Below are positions 1 through 13,164 of a DNA stretch of 64,000 nucleotides, piece after piece (the stretch's first letter is position 1; the number at the start of each line of letters is the position of its first letter). Origin of the DNA: Octopus vulgaris (taxonomy: Eukaryota); NCBI GenBank assembly GCA_951406725.2, contig OX597815.1, positions 111,104,001 through 111,168,000 of the forward strand, in the 5' to 3' direction. A model generated the notes under the pieces. The model was not told the origin of the DNA, made no database searches, and was given only the letters and a program-made list of their open reading frames with translations. Position numbers and translations under genes: made by a program.

Positions 1-1
1 C

Positions 2-33
<32 letters not shown>

Positions 34-82
34 GGAGGAGGAGGAGGTGAGATTTTGATGATGATGATGACGACGACGATGA
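1..82. repeat. Compound trinucleotide microsatellite (GAT)n/(GAG)n/(GAC)n
   Basis: Directly visible tandem triplets. Confidence 0.95.
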
Positions 83-307
83 TAAAAGTATTGATGATGT
101 TAAGTGTTGTTTCAGAAAGACATAACTGCTATTTTTATCTCTTCAATTACCTTGAAGTGCCTCTCCTGTTGGATCATTTACATACACATAGACACATACA
201 ACGGGCAATCTGTGTACTTTGAGAGAGATGTATTTGTTATTTCTAGGAAAACTGAAATATATTTTAGAAACTTCCCGAGTATCACACAAACACACACACG
301 CACACAC

Positions 308-344
<37 letters not shown>

Positions 345-399
345 AATTCACGCACATAGATGGACACATTCTCAGCAGGAATGGTTAAGATGTTTGTCA

Positions 400-535
400 T
401 GTTAATTGTACGTGATAATTACGTTAAGAGAACGCGTGTCTGTGGAATACTCAACCACGATTTTTACGCTGATTCGCTGAGTGGATCAGATCACTCACTC
501 GAACGACAGAAATGTCATTCATACGTCGTTCTCAA
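400..535 (+). mobile_element. Degenerate 3' fragment of tRNA-derived SINE (same tail family as 9208-9504 and 57973-58348)
   Basis: 'tacgttaagagaacgcgtgtctgtggaatactcaaccac' matches 'tacgttaagggtacacgtgtctgtggagtgctcagccac' near 58225. Confidence 0.7.
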
Positions 536-1746
536 TTCAAGAATCGATTGCCAGCAGATATGCTATGATTCTACGTGTGTCTCTTATTTTGAAGCCTTGA
601 ATTCTTTACATTTTTGATTATTTTGTACAGTAAGCACACAATATTCTATACGCATATATTCATATATTCATAAATACACAATATTTCTATTAAGAACTAC
701 ACACAAATTTACACGATATTTTAATGACAAATTTTTCAATATTGTAATGTACACGAATATCCTTGACTATTCCCACGAAGCAAATATTTTGTTTATAATT
801 TGCATATTTTATTTGCCATTTGGGTGTGATTCAGAACCCAACATTATAAACCCAAACTGATAAAAAAAAGGAAGCATTTCACAGTGCAAACAGTCACGTC
901 AAATATCATTGCAATTGGTTTGACAGTGAAATCAACATTCTCATTAACGCATGGCTTATTCTTTCACAAAATGAAAACGTCTCTGTTCCATGTATAAATC
1001 TCATTGCCAAAAGAGTTGTTCACCTTCATAATAACCGTCACGAAAGGCACATTCAAAACAGTCTGAAGCAAATTGTAGCTTCATATTGTACCGTAATCAA
1101 CCCCGTGAAAAAATCCGCTCGTGTGCACCTATTATTCTATGTATGAGGAATAATGTATGAAGTAGCCATCATCACTGTAATCATTTTATATTATCTGCTT
1201 ATTTTTTATATTTTTGGTTGTCCGGTATTTTAATTTTTCCTCCTTCTAAGGTTGATAAAATAAAGTATTGATGAGTACTGAAGTAAATTTAATCGACTGC
1301 CTCCTACCCCCAAATTTATGACAGTGTACATGTATAAGAAAGTATTACTATTAGAGTTTAGCTTTGGACATAATGAATTGCTGTATTAGTTGAGTCTATT
1401 TATATTTTTATGTTCAAGTGACACTAAGGCCATCTTTGCCTTTTTTAATTTTTCATAACTACAGCCGGCAACGAGCAGTAGTAACAAAAGCAACAGCAAC
1501 AACAATTACAACTACCACAGCAGCAACAAGAGCCACAAGGACGACCGTTAAAACATAGATCTCCAAGCCACCATACCACAAAAGATTCAATACCATCATC
1601 ATCGATGCTAGCTAGCAGACCTATTCTGTGACATTAGAATGGGCATACAAGTGGGGGGGGGATGAAAAAAAAGAGGAGGAAATCTAATGAGGATAGATGT
1701 GCTCTAAACAGTTAAAGCAGAACTCATTTTGTACAACTATTGCGTA

Positions 1747-1850
1747 TTCTTCTTCTTCTTCTTCTTCTTCTTCTTCTTCTTCTTCTTCTTCTTCTTCTTC
1801 TTCTTCTTCTTCTTCTTCTTCTTCTTCTGCTGCTGCTGCTGCTGCTGCTG
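1747..1850. repeat. (TTC)n followed by (GCT)n microsatellite
   Basis: Directly visible; explains the poly-S/poly-A and poly-R ORFs. Confidence 0.97.
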
Positions 1851-1949
1851 CCTGTATGACTCCTATCAGTGGACAACCTGAACCACTCCTTTCTTCGTCT
1901 GCCTTTGACTAAGCATAACCACTCCTTCATTCTCCCTCACCTACCACCG

Positions 1950-4500
1950 CTGCCCGAACATCTCAAACTCAACTAGTCCTATCAGTGTCCAGCCTGAACC
2001 GCATCTTCCTTATTCGTGTGCAACCTCCATTTTCCCATTATCACCAAGGTAAGAAAAACCTAAACAAAAAACTATTTACAGTTTACTGCTACTTAAAAAC
2101 ACCCACACGTCTACATCATAATCCAAAAGTTTGCCGCGCCGCCATTCTTTACTCGCGAGACTATGAATATATCGTGAATGCAATCTCTGTTATCTCTCAG
2201 GAACAAGGCGTTCAACTAATAAAAGCAATTCCAACCATAGTATTTCTGCTATAACTGCTGCAACAACACCAACTCCAGAATCAAAATCAATTGGTAATGC
2301 TAAAATCTGCTGCTATTCCCAACACGGGTGATTATGTCTACGGTTCTACAGCGAGATTGTATGTTTACACATCTGCCCAGGACTCAACCTACCGTAAAAA
2401 CAACACGGCCGGCCATCTTCAAAATCTCCATAAAAACTCTCCCTGTTTCAGTAATACCTGCATGCACTTATCCCACAACTCTAGTACGAAGAGAAAACTC
2501 TGGAAGTACAAATAGAAAAACAAAATCACCAGCTCCGGCACAAATTGTCCCACCAACTCAGAAGACTGGAGACATTCAGTAGGAACTCTAACAAATCAAA
2601 CAACCTGCAAAACTGTCAGTGTAACCACAATTTCAGCCATCAAAATTCCACTAACAATTAAAACTCTTTTTTATCCATGCGGAACCTTGCAAAGGAGATT
2701 TAAAAAAAGTATCGGAGCTATTATATAGCTACCAATAAGCCATACGTCTCTTTCGAACACTACTCCAGTCTCAACATGTTTGCCGAATGCACCAGGCACC
2801 AGCCCACCTTTCAATTAAAAAATATGGAAGGATCAGTTAATTCATGGCTTATCACATTCCTTTCTTGGTCCTTGCTGAGGTTCACCTTAACAACTAGGAC
2901 TTGGATGATGATGTAAAGGTGAGGAATTATACCACCATTCATACAGAGCGCACTGGTAGAAGAAAGTGAGGAGAGGTTATTTTTCTACACGACTCATTTA
3001 CAGCAGATACAAATGTCTCATTCACCAAATGGCTTTTGTGTATCAGTGTCTGCGTATACAAAACTAATGATTTAGTAATAATTGGGCATTACAGGACAAC
3101 CCCAGCGCCACTACTGTGCTTCAACGAATGCTTCGTGAATATTAAAGTCTTTCACTGAACAATATCAGTTTGATAATATTTTAATAATGGGTGACATTTT
3201 TCCCCGTGCACTGACTGGTCTACTCATACCTTGAAGACTGGTGTGTGCATTTCAGCTTCAGAGAATGCAGCAGGGGAATCACACCTCAAATACATGAAAT
3301 AATTTTCCTTGTTCCTTCTTGTGCTGCGCCAGTGAGATTCAACAAAAAACAAATTAAACTTAGTGCTTAGGAACGACACTAATACTATCCACAGTATTAC
3401 AGTAGAAAAAAATTCTCCTTTCGACCACGATGTAGTTCTCTGTAGTTTGTGATTCAGGCAAACAAATGTGACGCAGAAGGATCTTGCTTCTTTCGATCTC
3501 ATTGATCTACATAATGCTAACTGCAAGGCAATCACCCACGATATGTCTCTCATTGATTGGTATTTCAATCTCTCTCAGCCCCAGTAGCATCAGTACATCC
3601 TGGCAGAAGACAACTTATAAAAAAAGATTAATCAAAAAATCAATCGGCTAAAACATTGCCAGCTGCAACGCCTGCACTTGACTGATACAGCTTTATTGGA
3701 ATCAAAGCAACATATCGAAACTGCATGAAGACTATCATCGGTAGTGAAAGAATAGCAGAAGAAAAGTAGGCCATTCAGAAAATAAAAGTCAATCCCAAAG
3801 TGTTTTTTGCATTCATCATTGAATATAAGGTCACTGTCTCATCTTTTGGATCTCCAATAGGTGAAGATGGCATTTTGTATAGTGGTACAGAAAACGTGAA
3901 TAATACTGACAGCATCGCTGAAACGGATCCCAAGTGTACCCTATCCGATATATCATTTGGTGCCTGGGATATAATAGGAGCGATTAAAAAAATTACAAAC
4001 AACCCGAGTGCAGGCCGATAGCTTCCCCGATAGAGTTTGAAGGAGTGTCGTCTTCAACTGGTATACCTTTTAGCTATTCTATGGGGGAACTCATTTGACG
4101 CTGGCCACTTTCCTGAAAATCTCACCCAGTCGTTTGTTCAACAAATCTCTGGCAGTGAATAACCGACCGATCTCAGCTCCTGTATCATAAAATTATTTGA
4201 GAGTGTGGTGAGATCATGAGTATCTAATTTCTTAGAAAGTAATAGCCTAACTATACCCAACCAGTGTGGTTTCAGCAATGGCAGGCCTGCTCAACTCATA
4301 CCTGCATCACTTTGTTGACATCCTAAAAAATCTGGGAGAAAACATCAGACAAAAATTCCGCTGTGGACCTCGGAGTAACTGTTGACAACAGCTTCAGCTG
4401 ACATGCTTACATAACTAAATCGGCATGGGCCTCAGGGGCGTACTCCTGGATTCTCAGAATCTTTCGTTGTAGAGACGATCCTGCCATTATCCATTGATTG
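1950..4500 (+). mobile_element. Decayed APE-type LINE (CR1 group: CR1/L2/Daphne-like) with ORF1 and ORF2 remnants
   Basis: Frame-broken motifs read by eye: ORF1-like HNPKVCR...ECNLCYLSGTRR (~2117-2210); APE IMGDIF (~3185-3202); IKVNPKVFFAF (~3782-3814); NNRPIS (~4158); FLESNSLTIPNQCGFSNGR (~4229-4285); DLGVTVDN (~4367); WILRIF (~4447). Confidence 0.8.
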
Positions 4501-4699
4501 TTCCAAGAGCAATCTGCTACTGGATAGCTACATCTCATAACTACAGTTTATAATTGAAATATTTTCCTGCGGTACAGATTTATGTACTAGTGTGTTAGTA
4601 TCGGATGATGGGTATTTGAGCTGAATATAATGAAAACTTTTCTAGAATATGAAGAGAGTATCTATATACTCTGTTAGAAAGTTGTATTTATTAAAACGA

Positions 4700-7600
4700 A
4701 ATATTTAAAATTTCGCAGTGAATAATTATTGACTACTTCAGTCAACTGGCCTTGTCAGTGATGGTTCATTTAACAATGTACATAAACAAGAATAGATCTT
4801 CCTATTGCTGAAATTCTTAAGAATTGTTGTTTTCGCATTGTGCATTGAATCAAGAATAATATATGGGTTTCAAAACTATACGCGTGCGCCAGCGTATTCT
4901 CCTGTAAACTGATGTGTCATTCGCCGATGTGTATCGGTGAAGGATATATGCATCATCGACAAAACCGATAAGCAGATGCATTCAAACACAAATAAAGAGT
5001 TTTCATTATTATTCTGTACATACCATTATTGAGTTTATTGAGATATATCGATGTAGCTATTTATTCAGGTCATATCAGAAAGGGAATCGTGTTCCCCAAA
5101 AAACAAAAATTAAAAGATAAAGTATTTCTAAAAACAAATTTTCAAGTAAAAATTAGCGAAAACTGAAAAAAAAAGTCAACAACTAAATAAGTAGATATTC
5201 TCTTGGAAGATTTGTTCAATATTTTGTTATAATGAAGTTGTGACAAAATCAATTGTTCGATGTTACTTCTATTACTGTTCATACATTATTGGAGGCAGCA
5301 ATTCATACCTTAGCCATAATGCAATGAAGAATTCGGAATTAGTCTTTTATAAATTTAAGCAGTAGACACATCTTATTTCACAACACTTCCTAATTAATGG
5401 TTTCTGGCTGGATTGGCCAGATTTTTCTCAATGCAATTTAACATTCCATTTAACGTCCTTCTTTATGCTAATGCACTATTACTAATAGATGATACCGCTG
5501 GTCTCCATCCATTTTGTCGATTTCTTTGATTCATTTTCAAACTAATGAAATTTTACGACTGAATTCTTATTTGAAATGAAATATTTCAACCATAAACTAT
5601 ATGTCATTTTGTAAACAGAAGTGGAGTTTATTATATTTTTAATCAACATTGCTCATACAATATAAAAATAAAACTTATAAAACACAGTAACATAGCGCAT
5701 AGGAAATTCTGTTTAAATTGGAGAGTATTGTAGCTCGTTTGAATCACTGTGTATTGTTTGTAAATAATAAAAAAATTTGAATGGTACAACAATAGTAAAT
5801 TCTGATTGTTATGATGTTTCGTTTTATAAATAAGATTTGAATGTGGTCTGGAGAATAGTTGATTTCGTTTCGTATATATCGCTTCAATGTCTGTCAAGTT
5901 TTATGTCGAGGTTTACAATCGTTCTAATGAGAACCACAGTCTTTATACTTCATATTGATAATCAACGTCATTATTTAAACGCAATTTATAATTAAAAAAT
6001 AAATAATAGAATCTATATCTCTGAAATCTTTAAAATATCAGATAATTCCTCTTGCACGATTCTCCCATTTCATTCCATCCATTAATAGTATTCATGTATG
6101 TATGAGGGAGCGAAAAGGATAGAGAGAGTGATGAACATAACTGTACATCGAAAGAAACACCCCATACATCCTAAGAGACACGTCTAACGAAATGTGTTTC
6201 GGTTTTTTTATAAATTTAAGTACGTGGATACAAAAATGTACTTTAAATATAAAATTTCATAAATGCAATACATATATGATTTGGGAAGTATAAACGAACA
6301 AATTTGGAATTCGAAAACATGAGATTACGCCGCTTACAATTGCTTTTTAGTAGTTAGGCTGGTCTTTTATAATTTGTAGAATATTTTTATTTATGTGATA
6401 AACATTATTTTGATTATGAAATTAAATTTCATGAAATATTTCACAGATAATTTACAACGGAGCTTATATTTGGATTTCAATGGCCGATGATTAATAACAA
6501 AAGGTCATAGGAGTATCTTAGAAATTTTACAATATTCACTCAGTCGAATTCTAATTAAACTTGAGTTTAATTACAGAATTATATGTTTTAATTACTGTGT
6601 AAATCTACTGAAATAAATAAATTTGCATATAATGTTCATATTTTGAAGCAAATATATTTTAAAAAAATACATTTAGATGCTTTTGCGTTTTATTATAATA
6701 TATGAAACCTTAAGGAATATTTGAAATTTTCTCAACTAATGTTTACATAATTTTAGGCAAGTAACCAACCATGAAAATAGATATGAAAATAAATATTGAT
6801 GTTTTAATATCCAAAGATAATGTTTTGTTTATAATTTTTGTTTTAATTGTTAATATGATTTAGTTTATGCATGAGCGTATAATGTTTTCAGTTTAGTTAC
6901 ATTGGGATTATCAAAGGAGTTCGTCCTTTAGTCTTTACGATTTTAATGCTTAATATATGCCGAGTATTACGTAAAAATTGTCAGCCTTTTTATGTCTTGA
7001 TTATATGTGTTGTTACCGAGCCAATTGCATATATTTTTCATCACATATCAGAATACCCGTACTATCTGGCATAGAGTATTATAGTTGATGCACAACTCTT
7101 TTATTCATGTCAATTAAAGCACCGTCTCGAGTGTAGTTTCATAATTAATTTTGAATGTGGAGTAAACAATTAAAAAAAGAATAGAAAAGGTGATATTTTG
7201 TTTTCCTTTCAATATGGACTGCTTCAAATTTACATCATTGCATAAAATGAGCACCTGTAAGCAACATCAACTACGGGCCAAGACATTTAAAATATAAAAT
7301 GTACCCTGTATTATTTGCATTAATCTTCACTATTTGTCTTTTTCTAGTTTCCGAAATCTGAATGGTTACCTCTTGGTATCTTTACTTCTCGATTTGTTAT
7401 ATTTTCTTTTAGGAATAATTTATCATTCATTGTAACTAACTCCACAAGAATTACATACGCTAATAACTATTTGAAAAACGATTTCTGAGTTTCTCATTAT
7501 GATGTTTACTGTATAAACCGTCAATCTCCAAGCATGTTTTGCCATTCAGCAGTATCCCCATATCTTACATGGTCATAACCTGAACTCAACTTTTCTCTTT

Positions 7601-8680
7601 TAAGTTTTGTTTATACATGCATTTAGATGTTGGATTTGTTGTAACATTGACATAAATTTCAATACAATCAACATTATACACCAAATAATAAGTTGTTTCT
7701 CCAATGAATATCCCTTACTCCCATCACAATTCGTTCCATGGCCTCAACTCTGCATAAGTTTATGCTAGCTAATGGCAGAATTGTTTTCAATCATATGTAT
7801 CCCTATCATAGCACATTCTGGGACTAATCAAACTTACTGTTTCTGCATCAGTGAGTAAACCTTTCCTCACGATTGTCCTCATAAATGAAATACTGCTCTT
7901 ACGATGTAACACAGCGGTTATAGTTTATGGTAATGCTGTGTGTCGAAAATTTTTCGTGCTCTTTATATCTTGTCAGTTGAAAAAGCTTTACAACATCTCA
8001 ATACCTTTTAATAATGTTTCTTCAAACTAGATTTTTTAGGCTTGTTATTTTCTAGGCTAGTTTATTCTCCGTATTATTTTGTTTTTGTTTTTTAAGCTTT
8101 GAGTTGCAATTATAATGCGCTTGAGTTCGATTTCCCTTTTCTATTGGTTCATAAAATAACTGCTACCGAAATATTTAGGCCAATTAATTCGACTCCATTT
8201 ATCCTCAAGATTTATTGACTTTATTTTTATATTGGAAACTTTTGTATTTTTTCCCTTTGTGGAATATCCAAAGCAATTTTCATCTTTAGAATCAAACTGC
8301 ACTTGACATGACAATGACACCCGGCTAACATTGGTAAAAATGCAGCATGTACTCGCTTTTGCAATTGCTTTGAGAAATCAATGACCATTAGATGACTAAT
8401 TACTTCATGTCATTTGACTGGATAGTATTTTATATTATCGAAATCAATAATAAATGCAAGTTGCAGATATCGATCTATCGATATTTGTCAACACGATGCA
8501 CAAAATTGTTATACTCAGCTTCATTAAATGTTGTATTTCGCCCGCTATTGTTGTTGCAAAATATTTCCCAGACGCCTTGCAAATAACTAAAATGTTTAAC
8601 TGAAAAATGGCTTTTGTTATTTTATTGTGTTGAGATGGGACACAGCAGATACGGCAACAAAGACTTGACAAGCTAAAGAG
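4700..8680 (-). mobile_element. Very decayed Helitron Rep/Helicase remnant
   Basis: Minus-strand motif remnants in the expected order: GNILQQQ (~8560), IEKGNRTQAH resembling EFQKRGLPHAH (~8115-8145), GYDHV...AKHAWRL (~7520-7580), EFFIAL..LLPP (~5290-5335), RIVLKP...RKQQF (~4820-4885), QGQL (~4745). Many stops and frameshifts. Confidence 0.55.
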
Positions 8681-9207
8681 ATTTAGAAATTACATGCATG
8701 TAATATTTCAATATGTTGGCTTTTATTTTCATTTTCATTAAATCACTGTTATTTTTCTCATAGGATTATATTTATTGTTCTTCTCGATTGACATATTGAA
8801 GCAGGATTTGCAACATTTCAATATTTATGAATAATATAACTAAAATAAAACTAGAACTATATGAAACGCCAGTGGTGAAGAATTATGTATATATTGTTAA
8901 CATTTTACCTGATTAGAATTTTAAAATGTTGATAGAAGTATCTAGCAAGAACAATTATTACAAAATCCCACTGGCAATCTATTTATAAAATGATAATATA
9001 CGCTTAGGTTCATGAAAGCCAATGTGAGATTTAGTGATGTGTCTATTTGTTTACATATTCCATAGACAGCTAAAAATATTCGTATACAAGTCGGTAACAT
9101 GTTCATAAAGTTATACTAATATTGTAAAAGAAGTATTTCATGTTAAGCTATTTTCTGCGTATATTTGTTTGAATTTGCTACAAAAAAATTAACAATAGTA
9201 TATCAAA

Positions 9208-9504
9208 AGTGAAAGCGCATGGCTCGGTGGTTAGTGTATTCGGCTCTCGATCGTAAGGCTGTGAGTTCGATTCCTAGCTGTGTGTTGTCTCCTAGAGCAA
9301 GACACTCTATTTCTCCTTGTTCCAGTTCACTAAGCTGGCAAAATGAGTTGTACCTGTAGTTCAGCCTTTTCACATTCGGTGTGTCACTCTGAATCGCCTT
9401 GAGAACTACGTTAAGTGTACGTGTGTCTGTGGAGTGCACACAAGCAGATTGTTCCGTTGGTTAAATCAAATGGAACACTCGTCGTCGTAAACGACGAAGT
9501 GCTC
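9208..9504 (+). mobile_element. tRNA-derived SINE with 11-bp TSD
   Basis: A-box 'tggctcggtggt', B-box 'gagttcgattcc'; TSD 'agtatatcaaa' at 9197-9207 and 9505-9515; 3' half shared with 57973-58348. Confidence 0.9.
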
Positions 9505-9566
9505 AGTATATCAAAGGTTCCGTGGATACGTAAATTATATAGAAATATAGTATATTGGATGATATA

Positions 9567-10130
9567 TTGGGTTGCCCTGAAAGTTCGTGCCGATTTTTAA
9601 AGGAAGAAAAAGGTCAATAAATACCTGCTATTACATTTTTAATCAACCAAATATGAACCATTTTGTTACAAAATGCGTCTCCATCTTTCCTTTAACTTGA
9701 AAATACCCTCTTCCCAGAATTGAGGTTGTTACATGGCAAATAATTCATTCAGAAAGGTATCATTTTACGTCATCCAATTGAAATTTTTACTATTAAAACT
9801 ATTTTGCAGAGACCTGAATAAATGAAAATCCGAAGGAGCAATATCTGGTGAATATGGAGGGTGGTGTAACACATCCCAGCCAAGCTGCAGCAAATTCTTG
9901 TCTGGTTCCAAAGCATCAAGTGCCGAAAGTGAACTTTCTTATCTTCCATTTTAAAGGGTTACAAAATTTACACAGGTTATAGGAACATAAATCTTCTTCC
10001 ACGAAGAGATAGCTTAAACTGTGCTCTAAATGAAGGTGTAGTCAAATCCTATTTTATGGACTCAACCATGTTCTAAAATAAATCGAAATTAAGCTACTAT
10101 AAATCGGCACGAACTTTCCGGACAACCCAA
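9567..10130 (-). mobile_element. Internally deleted mariner element (non-autonomous)
   Basis: TIRs ttgggttgccctgaaagttcgtgccgattt / aaatcggcacgaactttccggacaacccaa with TA on both flanks; minus strand encodes transposase C-terminus LGWDVLHHPPYSPDIAPSDFHLFRSLQN...GIFKLKERWRR. Confidence 0.93.
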
Positions 10131-10830
10131 TAATTTCTGATGAATCTGGCAATTTTTCTTCAGACAAAGAATATGTTACTCGTGTTTTTCCAGTTGGCTG
10201 AAATTGAAGTGGGAATGGATGCTAGTATTTCTTACAGATCAAACGACCAACAAGAGTCATCCTAGTTGTGTAGAGGAGTAGATATATGCGAGAGTAGGCG
10301 GAATCAAACTAGTAAAGAAGACACACAGATTCAGCAAAATCGTTTGAGGTACGGATAATAAGTCCTGAAACTAATCATACCAAAGCAGTGGTAAATTTCA
10401 TCACAGCATAGTGAGCCTTCGTTCTTTTGATCATTATTACATTGCATTGTCTTTTAAACCTCTTCAAATCATTGTTATTCTCATTATCTTTTATCAAGAA
10501 CTTGGTGATACTTAGTTAGTGCGGGGCTCTTTTGGTCCGCTTTGATTGAGAGAGGCTATGTTGTTGTTAACAGACGAAATGTATGTTTTAGAAGCATTTT
10601 TCCAGCTTGTTTACGTATTGAGATCCATTATGTTATAGTGTCAATATATTTCATATTATTGCGTGTTACAAGAAACATTTGACTATCAACATTTAAATAT
10701 TTTGCAGAGGCCTGGTTTTATGAATTTCATTGAAAAAGTATACTAATTTTTAAACGAAAGATTTAAAAAAAACCCAACTATTCAGAGCAAGAAAACACAA
10801 AGTATCTCTTAGAATGAAAGATAGAAATAG

Positions 10831-11275
10831 AGAAAAGGAGTGGCTGTATGGTAAGTAGCTTGCTTACAAACCACATGGTTCCAGGTTCATTACGACTGCG
10901 CGGCACCTTGAGCAAGTGTCTTCTGCTATAGCCTCGGGCCGACCAAGTCCTTGTGAGTGGATTTGGTAGACGGAAACTGAAAGAAGCCCGTCGTATATAT
11001 ATATATATATATATTATATGTATGTGTGTATATTTTGTGTGTGTATATTTTGTGTGTGTGTGTGTGTGTTTGTCCTCCCAGCATCGCTTGACAACCGATG
11101 CTGGTGTGTTTACGTCCCCGTAACTTAGCGGTTCGGCAAAAGATACCGATAGAATAAGTACTAGGCTTCCAAAGAATAAGTCCTGGGGTCAATTTGCTCG
11201 ACTAAATGTGGTGCTTCAGCATGGCCGCAGTCAAATGACTGAAACAAGTAAAAGAGTAAAAAGAGTAAAGAGTAA
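10831..11275 (+). mobile_element. Full-length tRNA-derived SINE with CORE-like segment, internal (TA)n(TG)n and (AAGAGTA)n tail
   Basis: tRNA-like head 'tggctgtatggtaag...ggttca', CORE-like 'ccttgagcaagt', internal microsatellite, tandem tail 'aagtaaaagagtaaaagagtaaagagtaa'. Confidence 0.88.
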
Positions 11276-12869
11276 CATACTCTTCAAAGTAAACAATAAT
11301 TTTAGAGGCAATATTTGCTTGATATCCAGCAATGATCACAAAGTCAGAAATATACTGACAGACCTACATTTGTTTCTGTTATTTACTATGATATAATACA
11401 TTAACAATATAAGAGGCATGTCTCCTTCAAATTCACCACATTTCTCCTATTCTTCAGTCTAGGCATGTATTTTACGTACTAGATGTAATTTCTAAGAAAA
11501 TTGTTACTCTCATATAAAATATCACACGCGTCCACAAATTCTATCAAGGAAATTCTACTTCTCTTTCATCATCACAACGTCCTAAAACTATTTATTCATT
11601 CAAGTGGATCAAATTATCTAACAGTGACGTTGGATCTGTGCTCTTGGAATGTACATATTTTATCACAAATTGCACACACGCGTGCCAGTGAACATGGTTA
11701 GTCACACGCACATACTCGTATATATACACATATATCTGCATTCATGTGTGTACGTATGTAGTATAGTATAATTGTCGGGTATTTTGTGTTATGATGACAT
11801 GGATGGTGATATAAATAGGATAAGATAAACTTGACGCTACGAACATCCGACTTAACCATAATTTAACAGAAGTTCTTAAAGAATTAACTTCATTAACACG
11901 TATAATGTATTATCATTTATTAAATGATATAATGCTATAATCACAATGATATAATCACAATGATATAATCATATATAGTGCAATTATCTTTAATTAAAAC
12001 TCTCTAATTAAACCGGTTGTTAGCGAAGTTTTCATTGAGCATTTCAGTTTCAATCCTCATATTCCAGTAAATACCTCCACATCTCTGATTCATGCCAAAA
12101 CATTTTTACAGCACAAGTAAAGCCTTGGCAAATACTTTGCTTTATTGTTGATTTGTCATCAAATTGTAGCTGACTAGTTTTTTTGCCTTAAAATTTCATA
12201 ATATATTTTAACCGAAAGCAAATCAATAATAAGACTAAAGCAAAATTTGAAAAAGAATCCAGTGAAGGAGTAATATATATTCTCAATAGCAGCCAAAACT
12301 TCTGCAAATCACATCTTAGTTTTTTAAAAACAACATTGAATAATGTAGATTGAAATGAAGACGTGATTTAATGGCTGAAATACGGTTGACGATGACTATG
12401 CACTATTTTTGTACACTATATATTTAAAAGCAAGAGGCAACCATATCAGTTTTATATATAAAAATTATTTTTATAATCTTTTCATATTTAAAACAAAATG
12501 CTAAATCTTTCATTGATTTAGAAAAAAGGAGCTTTTGATCTTCAATCGGTTCGATAAATTTGTATATGACAGAATGATTAAAGTCCATTCATGTAATTAT
12601 TTCCACCTCATTTGTTTGTTACGTGGTGTCTAGGTAAAAAATGGTGATGAATTATTTCACAAACATTATGGCTCTATCATTGTCACCTGAAAGTCTCATT
12701 GTTATATATGAAATGGTATTTGTCTTTGTGATTGTGCTGAAGGGTGGATGAATGTATTTCAAATTTGACTGTGATCTTGATTCACTCTTAGTTCGTATAA
12801 ATTTCACTTACTCCTTTTCAAAAATTCTATTTATGTCGGAGTTGATTAAAGATCTGAAATAACAAATTG

Positions 12870-12870
<1 letters not shown>

Positions 12871-12927
<57 letters not shown>

Positions 12928-13164
12928 TTTATTCTTTATTCTTTTATGTTATAACTGATGTAATTGATTATTTTATTTTTTCTCGTGTGTAAATTATCGT
13001 ACTGCATACACACATAGACATAAATATGCAATACCAAAACTTTTACCACAGTGTCCGTATCACACATACATACATGCATACATATATACATACATACATA
13101 CATACATATATACATACATACATACATACATACATACATACATACATACATACATACATACATA
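12871..13164. repeat. (TA)n and (TACA)n microsatellites
   Basis: Directly visible tracts at ~12871-12920 and ~13065-13164. Confidence 0.9.

Noticed and set aside
1697-1930. Poly-Ser/Ala ORF and poly-Arg (protamine-like) ORF
   Set aside because: Both are translations of a pure (TTC)n(GCT)n microsatellite with no codon variation
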